Assembly (NCBI RefSeq): GCF_006345805.1
Contig: NC_043012.1
Coordinates: 1,426,001-1,490,000 of the forward strand
DNA length: 64,000 bases
Reading direction: 5' to 3'
Source of the DNA: Octopus sinensis
Lineage: Eukaryota
Under the pieces are notes generated by a model that worked only from the letters and a program-made list of their open reading frames with translations, did not search any database and was not told where the DNA came from. A program made the translations under genes and the position numbers. Positions 42,520-57,022 of this stretch are shown here, piece by piece. The first letter of the stretch is position 1, and every line of letters begins with the position of its first letter.

Positions 42520-42710
42520 TTAATAATAAATTCTCATATGGTCCATCTTCCGTCTTTCATTAACCACACATATATATATGCATGCATACATATATATATA
42601 CACACACACACACACACATATATATATGTATATGTATGTATATGTATATGTCTATGTATATATATGTATGTATATATCTATATATATATATAATATATGT
42701 GTGTGTGTTG

Positions 42711-42749
<39 letters not shown>

Positions 42750-43626
42750 TGTATGTGTGTGTGTGTAGGTATGTATATGCGCGTGTGTAGGTGAATTGGT
42801 GCAGGTATATATCGAACATTAAGTAGCAATAAAAAAAAAAAGGAAACCTACTGTAACTTTTGGCCGATTAACATTTTAACAAGAAACCTTTTAATAGAGA
42901 TATCGATATTTTGTTAAGTACCTTCACTCGATAAAGTCTGCATAACAGGGAATTCGAAATAGCCATTAAGATATTCACTGGGAAAGTAATACACACGCGC
43001 GAGCAAACTTTGGATTGCACATCAAAAATGGATCAAATGTTCTCCCCAACACATCGGCTCTTATCGCCGGTTTCCGGATACAGTGGCGTAAAAATTCTCC
43101 CCGCCCTGGAAACGACGCTGGTCCGTTACAGGATGAGTTATTTTTGCTCGATGTAAGGATTGGAGCAACGTGAAATGGAGTGTTTTACTGAAGTGTTTTA
43201 CAATGCAAAAACAGCTCGATGCAGGAATCCAATGCGCAATGTTACGTTCATGATTGCCACAACCTAACCACAAAGCCAGAAAATAGAAAACGAAAACATT
43301 GCACTCAGCGATATATAGTTTCTGGCAGAGAATGGTCGACATAGGAAAACCTGAAGCATTTAATTTGTTTCTTTGTAAAAATGCTTACAAAGTGTCGCAA
43401 GGCAGTGTTATGATTAGGGGAGTTATTGAAGGTTTTCCTGTCACGATGAAGAGTGGAAAAAAAAAAAACTATGTGTATATACAACTATACATATATTATT
43501 GCATAGACAAATAAGTGAATACATATGCAAAATGAAACTCACGCGGACGCCACACAACATATATGTGTGCATGTATACATATATGTTTGTATGTATGTAA
43601 ATATATATATATATATGTGTGTGGAA

Positions 43627-43674
<48 letters not shown>

Positions 43675-43677
43675 TAC

Positions 43678-43730
<53 letters not shown>

Positions 43731-43765
43731 TTATATATATATGTATTGATATATACTATATATAT

Positions 43766-43801
<36 letters not shown>

Positions 43802-44021
43802 TGATATATATATATGAATGTATATGTGAATTCACGTGTGTGTGTGCGTTGTTAAAGCCCTCCAAATTTATGAAAAGATAGAAATTTCTTCAACTCCAGG
43901 GAAAATTAAATTTATTAAGCCTGACTGAAAGGGGAACGCGTAGGCATGCGTAGGCAAGAACTCATAGATAGATATATGTATGTATACACACACTTATGTA
44001 CACCACACAAAAATATGTGTG

Positions 44022-44053
<32 letters not shown>

Positions 44054-44247
44054 AACATATACACATATATATATGTGAGTGTATGTATGTGTATAAATAT
44101 CTATACATATATGCGTATATATGTATATATATATATATACACATTTGTATTGATGAATGCATGTATGTATTAGTTCCTCTTTGTGTGCGACATTTTATAT
44201 ACGCATTCATACTTGTATGAATGCGTATATACACACACACACAAATA

Positions 44248-44278
<31 letters not shown>

Positions 44279-44311
44279 GTATATATACATATATATATGC
44301 ATATATATGTG

Positions 44312-44342
<31 letters not shown>

Positions 44343-44510
44343 GCATATGTATACATATGCACATACAGATACACACACACATATATAAATATATATATAA
44401 TCTTGTTATCACATTGTGGCATATCTTAGTTCTCAGTTCGTTTTTCTCTAAATATAAGCGTTTACTCCTCTCTCTTTCCTACGCGCCATTCATCTCGTTA
44501 ATCTTTCTCT

Positions 44511-44542
<32 letters not shown>

Positions 44543-44543
44543 T

Positions 44544-44597
<54 letters not shown>

Positions 44598-45162
44598 TAC
44601 GTATTAATTTTAGCATGCTTGTCTCTTTATATTTTCTGCACATCTTCATATTTTGTGTGTGTGTGTGTGTGTGCGTGTGTGTGTGTGTGTCTTTTACATT
44701 TCCAGTTTTATGTTTTTGTATTTCATTTCCCCCTTATTCTCCTTTCCTTTCTTTCATATATTCGAAATATTATTGTATTACATTGAAATATCATCTAAAA
44801 TTATAATCCTCTTAAATACAAAAAAAATGATGAGCGAGAGAACAGAGAGATGGTAAGGTATCACACACAACACAAGATTAAGAGAAAAGTCTTATTGCGA
44901 TTTATCTTCAGTTCTTGACTGGATTCGATCGAGCGGGAATTCGCTTATGTCAGTCATACGATAAGACTTTCGATAAGTAACTTAGAGGATTGTTCTAGTC
45001 AGAATATGTCATATCTATCTTTTAGCATACTTAAGAGTCATGTATTTCAAAAATCTGTTTAGCCCAAGTTACCGTATAATTCATATGTATATATGAACAT
45101 TTACATATACGCGTACATCTGAGTATTTCGTGCAACCGTATGCAAATATTTATGAATATATA

Positions 45163-45262
45163 NNNNNNNNNNNNNNNNNNNNNNNNNNNNNNNNNNNNNN
45201 NNNNNNNNNNNNNNNNNNNNNNNNNNNNNNNNNNNNNNNNNNNNNNNNNNNNNNNNNNNNNN
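45163..45262. other. Assembly gap (100 N)
   Basis: Seen directly. Confidence 1.
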
Positions 45263-45768
45263 ACAATAAGATGTATTCTTATTTCTCCAATTATTATATT
45301 CTTTTTAAGAAAATTATTTCGCTCTCAATTTTACAGATGTGGTATAAACCGGTTATTTCTTATTTCTATGAACTTTATAAAGGTATTGTTGTTGTCGTTG
45401 TTTTCAATGTTGTTGTCGTGTTGTAGTTAGTGTTCGACGATCTTATGAAATTTCTTGTTCTATTTCTCTTTGCAAAATAATTCTTTCCGCTCGGTCGAGT
45501 GCACAGTTCCATGGTGCCGGTATCTCATACCATATGATACACACACACATACACACACATATATATATATATATATATTAAATACATACATGCATATAAA
45601 TTATATATATGTATAGAGAGAGAGAGAGAGACAGACAGACAGAGACAGGGAAAGAGAGATTTATAGATATGATAAATAACCTATAAATCATATTATACAT
45701 ATCAATATATATTCACACGTGTATGCATGTATGTATACTATATTAATAGATATATATATATATATATA

Positions 45769-45800
<32 letters not shown>

Positions 45801-48071
45801 TATATATACACGCGTGAATATATAGTTATATATATATAATACAATTTATAGATTATTTATTATATACATGAATCTCTCTCTTTCACTACACACACACACA
45901 TATATATATATACACATATATATATACATATATATACATATATATATACACATATATATAGATATGCATACATACATGCATACAAATTAAAATATTTTTA
46001 GGTATATATGAATACATCTCTAAATAATATACATAATACATTACTGATGTACGTACATATTTGCGTACGTGAGCGTGTGCGCATGTGTGCGTCTGTATGC
46101 ATGCAACTATCTATGTATTTGTTTGTAAATATATATATGCATATAGGCATATATTTATCTCTCTCTCTATATATATATATAGATATATATATATATATAT
46201 ATATACCTATATACATGTATGCATGCAAGCATATATATATATATATATATATATATTACCTATACATACATGTGTGTGTGTGTATGTGTGTGTATAGACA
46301 AATACATATATATGTGTGTATGTGAGTAGGAATACAACCCAGTCCGCCTTAGAATAGTTGTTGACCGAGATGTATCCAAGTCTAGGTAGTTTATCTGGTG
46401 TCCGTTGAGAAATTTCTTGAATTATCTTTTCGAAATCACGGGATCTGTCTTTTCTTTAAGTTGGTTTAGGATAATAACAAACAGAAAAATGCTGGCTGAG
46501 GAAAGGTAATTATTTTGAAATCTGGTTATGTATTTTGAGCTTAATCTCACTCTTACTCTCCAATGTGCTTTCCACGTTTTCATGTTGGACGTGGAGAACG
46601 TCTTTAGATAGCATACGTGGTTTATACTGTATAGCCCTAGGTAAACATGTCTGAGAAGATAACGATTGACAGCATCACAGCTGTGACAAACTGCTTTGTC
46701 TGTAAATGATATTGATGTTTAGGATTTTATTATCGAATTCGCTTTCAAATTCTTTATATGGTGAATGCAATTTAAAGAAGATTTTCTAGTTACTTCTAGC
46801 AGGTTGCACATTGCTTAATTCTTTATGAGATTTAGTTTTCTCTTTGAATGATATATTCGATTATGCGGTAAGGTTAACTCCAAGGCATTTTAACACCTAC
46901 GATACGTATACGAGGTATCAACCAATAAATCTAATAGTGGTCTTCAGATGTTAATAAACCCTCTCCGATGTGTTTTATAATGTCAAATAACTTGTCTGTC
47001 ACAAGTAACATTTGCTCTTCTGTTTAATTATTGATATTGTTGTATTACTGATCAATAATGCTCCGCCTTGACCTCTACTATTTCTTGGCGTATAAGTTTT
47101 GTTAATTATCTTTTTAGATATTACACGAAGAGGGGAAAAAGCAATCAGTGAAGTGTCAAATTGCTGAAGGAAGCATCATTTTTATTCTAGAATACTTACA
47201 AGGTGAAGTTGCTCAAGCGAGTCTGTAAATATTGAATCTAAGGCTCAGGTTAAAAGTACAGTTCACATCACTAAAAATTATGCTAGTAGAATTTTTGTAC
47301 CCTTTTGCACTTCTTCATAAATATGAAAACAAAGTGGGATTTTCCATTATTCTTCTTATTCCATCTTTACTACGGTGTTATACTGAGAAAAAAAGACACC
47401 TTCAAACCATGTCAATTTATATTTTAAGCCCCAATACAATCTAGCAACTGAAGTTTTGATTTTTCCTACGAGAAACACCGACTTAGTGAATAATAGCCAA
47501 AATCTTACTATAATGGGTATTTTTCCCGTCTGTCTGTTTGTTCCCTCTCCACTGTCAAACAGCTGTACCAATGGTCACAAGGTTTTTCGGGATTACGGGG
47601 GTAATCGGGAAGGATTTTGGTGTAAAGAAATGTGAAAAAGTATAATTTTATAGATATTGAGTTTTGTATTAAGAAGGATAGAGCTGAATTATAGAGCATT
47701 CCTTGTTTTACTCATTCGGTGTGGCAGAACGACTTTTCTTAAGCTTTTTAGACCTTAAGTGCAGAACAACCACTAAGGGTTGGGAGGCTTCGCTATTGGT
47801 CAGCTGATATTTATTTCCAGCTGAAAAGACCAGAGCAAGGAGGATTTTAGTGTCTACAATATGTTACAAACTACATACTGTTCCAGATATCGAACCCACA
47901 CACACATATTATGATTATATATCGGACTGCAATATGTCTTACACAGAAAAACTTTAAGGTAATATATAACACTAGAAGTACCGTGCAGCCATTTATGACT
48001 GCTGTTGCGTTTCACTTTTTAATTTCTACGACTGTATTGAATGTGCTATCATGAGCATCATTTCATATAAG

Positions 48072-48121
<50 letters not shown>

Positions 48122-48141
48122 ATCTATCTATCTATCTATAC

Positions 48142-48176
<35 letters not shown>

Positions 48177-48180
<4 letters not shown>

Positions 48181-48886
48181 TTTAATGTAGGATAAAATGT
48201 TTTCGAAAAAAAATTTTATAAATGGCCAGCATATTAAAAAATACCTTTAAAGGTTGAAATTATAAACAACTTATAAATAAGAGCAAACGAAAAAATTTCT
48301 AATGCCAAATATGCCGAAAAATTGGACATATTGTCCATTACCATATAATTTTTCACAATATACACGCTACTCGAAAAAAAGCCGACAGAAATCTCTAAAA
48401 AATTCCATTATTACCATGTCGGACCGATTTCAGGGTTAGCTTATAACAGCCCCCCCCTTCGTCAGTGATAAACGTGGCAAAAGAAATAAATGAGATACTT
48501 ACTCATACCCAAGGAAGAAGCAAAGCACTAAGTCATGAGCACAACTAAGTACCCCACATACATCCAAAATAGAAATACTCCAGCCCATTCAAGACAGGTG
48601 CAATTTGAACTGAGGCTCTCATAGAATGAGAGAGTCCGGAAGTGAACACTTAAATTTATATTTAATGTAGGATAAAATTTTTTCGAAAAAAGATTTTATC
48701 AATGGCCAGCATATTAAAAAAATACCTTTAAAGGTTAAAATTATAAACGACTTATAAATAAGGACTTTTTTTCGAGTAGGGTGCATCTTGTGAAAAATTA
48801 TATGGTAATGGACAATATGTCCAATTTTTCGGCATATTTGGCATTAGAAAGTTTTTCGTTTGCCCTTATTTATCTATTTATAAGTT

Positions 48887-48890
<4 letters not shown>
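48177..48890 (-). mobile_element. Direct-plus-inverted repeat structure with an internal hammerhead motif (family H4)
   Basis: Arrangement A(48177-48281) B(48282-48383) C A(48657-48762) reverse-B(48763-48890). Minus strand CUGACGA-AGGG..CCCU-GAAAUCGGUC at 48418-48472. Confidence 0.7.
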
Positions 48891-48922
<32 letters not shown>

Positions 48923-48958
48923 TCAGTCCAGAGCTGCGGCCATGCTGATGCACCGCCG

Positions 48959-49016
<58 letters not shown>

Positions 49017-49017
<1 letters not shown>

Positions 49018-49220
49018 GGGGGGAGAATTCACGAAAAAAACAAAAGACGAAGACAGGCGATGTAGAAAACAAACAGATGTATTAGTATAACGCTCGGGAA
49101 TCGAAAAAGTCTTTAACGTTTCAAGCCTACGCTCTTCTACAGAAAGGAACACAGAAAGAAACAAGGCGAGAAACAAGGAGAGAAGAAAAATGTGTGTAGT
49201 GGCTACCAATCTATCATGGC

Positions 49221-49222
<2 letters not shown>
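49017..49222 (-). mobile_element. Family H1 hammerhead-bearing repeat inserted in (TA)n
   Basis: CUUU-CUGUAGA-A-GAGC GUAG GCUU-GAAAC-GUU-AAAG at 49104-49146. Confidence 0.7.
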
Positions 49223-49264
<42 letters not shown>

Positions 49265-49714
49265 CGGTGTACATTTAAACACATAAGGAATCCTCTCATG
49301 GGATTCAAGATGCTAGAAAGAACAGCTCGGTTCTATAACCACAAAATTAGGGGCATTTAGTTGATCGCTTCGTGTTTTTATATTAAATCTTAGGTGTACC
49401 GTTTGAAAACGATTTCACCCGCGAGTAAAAGTTATTTACTTGGTAAACTACATCAGCAACCATTTGTCCAGCAAATTAGATGGTAAAATGCTTTTATTTT
49501 TTCATTTCGTTCGTGTCAAATTTAATCCCTAATTTTGTGGTTATAAACTTAGGTGTTCTTTCTAGCGTGTTGAATCCATGAGTGGATTCCTTATGTGTTT
49601 AAATGTAACACTGTATTTTATGACTAATACATAATCTTTGGACAAAATTTTTACATGCTAGGCCACGGAAATGAACAATTTCTATTAATTTCCATTTCCC
49701 TTTGATATGATTAA

Positions 49715-49757
<43 letters not shown>

Positions 49758-50220
49758 ATTATATACGGTGTACATTTAAACACATAAGGAATCCTCTCAT
49801 GGGATTCAAGATGCTAGAAAGAACAGCTAGGTTCTATAACCACAAAATTAGGGGCATTTAGTTGATCGCTTCGTGTTTATATATTAAATCTTAGGTGTAC
49901 CTGTTGAAAACGATTTCACCTCGCGAGTAAAAGTTATTTACTTGGTAAACTAAAATCAGCAACCAATTTGTCCAGCAAATTAGATGGTAAAATGCTTTTA
50001 TTTTTTCATTTCGTTCGTGTCAAATTTAATCCCTAATTTTGTGGTTATAGAACTTAGGTGTTCTTTCTAGCGTGTTGAATCCCATGAGTGATTCCTTATG
50101 TGTTTAAATGTACACTGTATTTTAATGACTAATACATAATCTTTTGGGACAAAATTTTTACATGCTAGGCCACTGGAAATGAAACTTTCTATTAATTTCC
50201 ATTTCCCTTTGATATGATTA

Positions 50221-50280
<60 letters not shown>

Positions 50281-50737
50281 CGGTGTACATTTAAACACAT
50301 AAGGAATCCTCTCATGGGATTCAAGATGCTAGAAAGAACAGCTAGGTTCTATAACCACAAAATTAGGGGCATTTAGTTGATCGCTTCGTGTTTATATATT
50401 AAATCTTAGGTGTACCTGTTGAAAACGATTTCACCTCGCGAGTAAAAGTTATTTACTTGGTAAACTAAAATCAGCAACCAATTTGTCCAGCAAATTAGAT
50501 GGTAAAATGCTTTTATTTTTTCATTTCGTTCGTGTCAAATTTAATCCCTAATTTTGTGGTTATAGAACTTAGGTGTTCTTTCTAGCGTGTTGAATCCCAT
50601 GAGTGGATTCCTTATGTGTTTAAATGTACACTGTATTTTATGACTAATACATAATCTTTGGACAAAATTTTTACATGCTAGGCCACTGGAAATGAAAATT
50701 TCTATTAATTTCCATTTCCCTTTGATATGATTAAGTA
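49265..50737. mobile_element. About 350-bp Tc1/mariner-type MITE (about 88-bp TIRs, TA flanks), triplicated together with a ~100-bp flank
   Basis: Copies at 49265-49613, 49766-50117 and 50281-50633. Ends TA|CGGTGTACATTTAAACAC and GTGTTTAAATGTACACTG|TA. Confidence 0.85.
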
Positions 50738-50772
50738 TATCTATAGATATATATATATATAATATATATATA

Positions 50773-50841
<69 letters not shown>

Positions 50842-51454
50842 GTATATATGTATACGTACGTGAATTTTTTCAGTAAATACTAAAAGACTGGATTTTCAAA
50901 TACTATATTCCCTGCATTAGATTATATTTAAATAAATTGTATTAAATATAGATTTTCAATGACGGTCAAAAGTGATCGCTATGGTCCTTCTAGGAAGTAG
51001 GTAATGTTGGTACATCTAGTGTTAAAGGACACTGCTCTCGTTGACTTTTAGCTATGTTGCTAATCAATTAGAACTATGAACAGGAAAGTTTCTCTTAATC
51101 ATCCTTTTTGTTTCTATTTATGGCGTAATGGACATTCATTTCTTATCTTGGTGTTGAAAACCATAACCTTCTGAAGAATTTAGGAGGTGGGTGGAATGGT
51201 TTAGCTGTATTTTGTCTACTTTTATATCTAATATCTAAGTTCATCTGCAAACGCATAGTTACGAGGTAGGATTTGAAATAAGAACACCCCAGACTAAAAT
51301 TCAAAATCCTTTGGTGAAATTAAAGTGAAATCCGATAAATAAAAGGCTGCAGTGAATGTACCACTCACGGAAACAGGAATAGAATATACAGATATTAATA
51401 TATACATTTATACATACATATGGATAAATATACTTGTATGTATATATGTGTTTG

Positions 51455-51487
<33 letters not shown>

Positions 51488-51497
51488 ATGTATAGAG

Positions 51498-51550
<53 letters not shown>

Positions 51551-51936
51551 TTAGAGACAAAACCACTAATTCCCTGTAAATTTGGATTTATTCCCTAATA
51601 TTTATTATATATATATATATATATGTGTGTATGGCAGGGGGGGTATGTACGCATGAAAGGCATAAAGTAGAGATTATAAAGGATTCAGAAAGAAAGTCAG
51701 AACAAAATGAAGAACAAAAGGTAAGCAAGTGTGTTTTGTGAGAGTAAGAGGAGGGTTAGCTCTAAAATAAGATGAAATACATAGTTTTCATGACAAACTT
51801 TGTGAAAAAGGAAAAAAAACTTACAAATGATTATGCATAATTATATAAATCAGTATCTACCCACGTATATAGAAATATATGTGTAGGCATATATATATAT
51901 ATGTATTATATATGTATGATATATATATGTGTGTAT

Positions 51937-51983
<47 letters not shown>

Positions 51984-52813
51984 ATATGTATATACACATG
52001 CATATATGTGTCTGTACGTGTTAGGACATATATGTATAATATGTATACTCTCAGACACATTTTGGCAAAGAATTAGTTCATAAAAATTTTGCATCCACAC
52101 AACCACAAGGAGAAACCAGTAAATACGTAAAAATATAAACAAAACAAAAATAATAAAGTATAACTGAAATAAATACATTTATATTTACTATACAGATCTT
52201 TATATATTTTTGTATTTAATATAATCACCAGTAAAAATAAGTAACATAATAGATATTAATGATACTTTTATATTTGTATATATTTTTCTAGAATTATTTT
52301 TTTATTATGCGTATCTTCATTTTATTTTCATCAAATTCATTTTTTTTTTCGTGTAATTTATCTAATTTATTCTCATCAGATATATATAACAAAATAAAAG
52401 CAAAAATGAATGCAGAAAATGAAAAAAAAAAATAATAATTTCTATCTTTCTGATTTCAAATGAAGTTCTCTTAATAAATCTTGAAAACGTTTATTGGGCT
52501 GTGAATCTTCATCAATTCATTTGAGTTGTTCACCATTCTAAGCTTGACAAAAGCTATCGCCAGTTTCCTTCTTTCTAATTTCCACATTATTCTTCCAGAG
52601 AGAACATAAGACATAGGAATTAGCGTTGCAAGAAGTTTTAATGTTATATCGTTGTTGACAGACCGCAGTGTGATGGTGTAGAAAACACAGCAAGTGTAAA
52701 ATTGTAATAGTCAACCCCACTCCATACACAAACCACAGACGCACACAGACCCCCCCACACACATACACACGAACACGCGCATATAAATACACACACATAT
52801 AATCATTGCATGC

Positions 52814-52854
<41 letters not shown>

Positions 52855-53015
52855 TAATTTTGTATATACACATGAAAAATTTATGACGAAATTATAATAT
52901 ATACGTCTATACACATACACACACAAACATATATACGTGGCAAACACATGTATACACATAGATGGATAGATTACTAGACAAATACATAAATATATACATC
53001 TGTATATATAAACAA

Positions 53016-53068
<53 letters not shown>

Positions 53069-53070
53069 AC

Positions 53071-53140
<70 letters not shown>

Positions 53141-54784
53141 AACATATATAAATATATATATACATATATATATATATATACATACATACACGCACACACA
53201 CCACACACACCACACATCTATATATATATATAGGACGAGTATTTTCACGCGCTATCTGGCAGAGTTATTAAGAAACTTTCAGAAACTTTCGGAATAGAAA
53301 AAGATTTTTTTTTTTGTTTTAAACATGTGTATACGTTTCTGTATGCGTATGTGCGTATAAGTTGTACGAAAACATATAAGCAAACATGAAACGGCAAACT
53401 GATTATTTGCGCATGCGTATATATATACGCGCGCGGTTTGTATGCCTTCAATGCCATGCGAATATATAAGCAAATGGACAATATCATTTGAATAGAAGAT
53501 TATAGGTTTATACGTATATGGGTGCTATTATTTATTTATTTATTAATTTTTTTTTTGATACAGAGATTACAAGAATATGTAATTACACTTTCGGTGCAAT
53601 TAAATGCACGCATGGCAACATAAAAACAATGTTGTGTACAAAGACATAGGACACTTTCATACTCTCGAACACCCTAACAAAATACATACACACATGTACA
53701 CCTATTATCTCTTACCCTTTCTTCTTGCTGATGAAGGGAGATACGTATGCATATATATATATATATATATATGTGTGTGGTGTGTGTGTGTGTGTGCGTG
53801 TGTATGAATATGTGTATATATGTCTATATATATATATATATGTATGTATATATGTATATATATATATGGTATATATATATATATATAGATAGATAGATAG
53901 ATATATATTAATATATTGATATATACATATATATATATACATACATGCGTGAGTGCATGTAAGTATGTGTGTATGCAGAAATATATGTGTGTGTATTTAT
54001 ATATACATATATATATACATGCATATATATATATACAGGTGTGTGTATGTATACATATATGTATACGTATGTGCGTATATATATGTATATATATATATAT
54101 TTATATATATATATATATACACACACATACATATATATATATGCATATGTATACACCTTATAAACAAATATACCGTGCTGATATATAAGCGCAAACACAA
54201 ATAAGCATGTAGACAAATATATACGTAAATCTATGTATGTATATTTATGTACACAGTTATGTATATGTATATTTATGTATGTATATGTGTGTGTTCTTTT
54301 GTACACATTTATACATTTGCGTCTGTAAATGTGAGCTTGTATATATGTACGAATCTGCAAATAAAATATATGATGTGTGTCGGGGACTGGTAGCGGTTGG
54401 GGTATGTATATTTGTTGAATATTGCTGTATATAAAATTACATAGGATTCTTGTGTCCAAGAGAATGTGAAAATTTATCGATATATTTATATCCATTTTAG
54501 TTCCTTAGAAATGCGATAATGAATGCAAATGGTAGTTGGAAATATTTAGAAATAGGAGCTGACGATGGCCACGATGATAATAATAGTGATGATGTTGATG
54601 GTAATGATGATGAGGAGGAGGGGGGGAGGAGGACGATGACGACGATGACGACGATGATGACGATGATGATGATAATGACGATAATGGTGATGTTGCAAAA
54701 AGAAACGAGCAATATTAGAGTAGAAAAGTAGAAGGAACACGGTGACAAGCATGCATAAGTATACACATATATATCTTATATATA

Positions 54785-54791
54785 TGTATGC

Positions 54792-54822
<31 letters not shown>

Positions 54823-55037
54823 CATGTATGTATGTATGTATGTATGCATGTATGTATGTATGTATGTATGTATGTATGTATGCATGTATGTATGTATGTA
54901 TGCATGTATACATGTATGTATGTATGTATGTATGTATGCATGTATGTATGTATGTATGTATGTATGTATGTATGTATGTATGTATGTATGCATGTATGTT
55001 GTATGTATGTATGTATGCATGTATATATGTATGTATA

Positions 55038-55073
<36 letters not shown>

Positions 55074-55096
55074 TGTATGTATGCATGTATGTATGC

Positions 55097-55129
<33 letters not shown>

Positions 55130-55612
55130 TTATGTATGTACGTATGTATGTATGTATGTATGTATGTATGCATGTGTATGTATGTATGTATGTATGTATG
55201 TATGTATGTATGTATGTATGTATGTATGTATGTATGCTGTATGTATGTATGTATGTATGCATGTAATGTATGTATGTATGTATGTATGTATGTATGTATG
55301 TATGTATGCATGTATGTATGTATGTGGCAGAAACGTTAGCAAGTCGGGCGAAATGCGTAGCCGTATTTTGTCTGCCGTTACATTCTGAGTTCAAATTCCG
55401 CCGAGGTCGACTTTGCCTTTCATCCTTTCGGGGTCGATAAATTAAGCACCAGTTACGCACTGGGGTCGATTTAATCGGCTTAATCCGTTTGTCTGTCCTT
55501 GTTTGTCCCCTGTGTGCTTAGCTCCTTGTGGGTAATAAAGAAACAGTATGTATGTATGTATGTATGTATGTATGTATGTATGTATGTATGTATGTATGTA
55601 TGTATGTATGTT
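54785..55612. repeat. (TATG)n array containing a SINE family A copy (55326-55545, +)
   Basis: Seen directly. Confidence 0.9.
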
Positions 55613-55700
55613 TGTGTGTATATATGTATATACGGATGTTCATATGCATGTGAGTGTGTATGTGAATATGGACACGCACATAGACACATACATTTATATA

Positions 55701-55745
<45 letters not shown>

Positions 55746-55747
<2 letters not shown>

Positions 55748-55905
55748 CGGGAAGCTTTATGAAAATAAACAGAAGACGAAGGCAGGTGGAATACAAACAA
55801 ACAATTGTATTAGTATGGCGCTCAGGAATATAAATAAAACAAGTCTTTTACGTTTTGAGCCTACGCTCTTCAACAGAAAGATACACAGAAAAGAAACACA
55901 GAAAG
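55746..55905 (-). mobile_element. Family H1 hammerhead-bearing repeat
   Basis: CUUU-CUGUUGA-A-GAGC GUAG GCUC-AAAAC-GUA-AAAG at 55841-55880. Confidence 0.7.
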
Positions 55906-56297
55906 TAGTATTGCGGATCGGTTTGAGAGCACTTGGTGCCGTTTCGAACACAATGTCACTCATATTTGGCATACATTACTTCATCAATAACCTCCGGTTG
56001 TTTCTAACCGTGATTAAGACCAGGCTGATACGAAGTAATAACAAAGAAAAAAAAAATTACGTGTCCGAGAGACTCTATGTTTTCATTGAGATTGTATAGC
56101 TTTGCCACAAATCCCACCGACTGGACATTAGAACATTAGAACATTAGTATTCACTTATTTGGGGAATATCAACGTTAATTCCAGAGCAGATTAATTCAAT
56201 TGGTTGAAATACTGAATCTCCAACGACAGAGGTTCACCACACACACACACAACACACAACACACACACACATATGTAACAAAGTGAAGTTGTAAGGT

Positions 56298-57022
56298 ACT
56301 TTGCCTTTCATTCTTTCGGGGTCGATAAATTAAGTACCAGTTACGCACTGGGGTCGATGTAATCGACTTAATCCGTTTGTCTGTCCTTGTTTATCCCCTC
56401 TGTGTTTAGCCCCTTGTGGGTAGTAAAGAAATATATATATATATAGGCGTAGGAGTAGCTGTGTGGTAAGAAGCTTGCTTACGAACCACATGGTTCCGGG
56501 TTCAGTCCCACTGCGGGGCGCCTTGGGCAAGTGTCTTCTACTATAACCTCGAGCTGACCAATGACTTTTGAGTGGATTTGGTAGACGGAAACTGTAAGAA
56601 GCCCCTCGTATATATACATATATATATATACACACACACACACACATCTCATATATATATATAATATATAATATATATAGATGTGTGTGTGTGTGTGTAT
56701 ATATATATTGTATATATACGAGGGGCTTCTTACAGTTTCCGTCTACCAAATCCACTCAAAAGTCATTGGTCAGCTCGAGGTTATAGTAGAAGACACTTGC
56801 CCAAGGCGCCCCGCAGTGGGACTGAACCCGGAACCATGTGGTTCGTAAGCAAGCTTCTTACCACACAGCTACTCCTACGCCTTAATATATATATTTCTTT
56901 ACTACCCACAAGGGCTAACACAGAGGGGATAACCGGACAGACAAACGGATTAAGTCGATTACATCGACCCCAGTGCGTAACTGGTACTTAATTTATCGAC
57001 CCCGGAAGAATGAAAGGCAAGT
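56298..57022. repeat. 725-bp near-perfect palindrome (SINE A tail + SINE B head + microsatellite, mirrored)
   Basis: The arms share private variants such as GCGGGGCGCC, AATGACTTTTGAG and ACTGTAAGAAGCCCCTCG. Confidence 0.9.

Noticed and set aside
46400-47050. Very degenerate Penelope RT/linker remnant on the minus strand
   Set aside because: Only scattered short motif resemblances across many stops. Needs an HMM search.
48177-50737. CRISPR-like array
   Set aside because: The repeats are 100-455-bp duplications or MITEs without unique spacers. Eukaryotic context and no cas genes.
52340-52385. Minus-strand CUGAUGA..GAAA
   Set aside because: No stem II pairing; AT-rich chance match.
53725-53745. 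CUGAUGA-AGGGAG half hammerhead
   Set aside because: Runs into a microsatellite, and no GAAA half was found.
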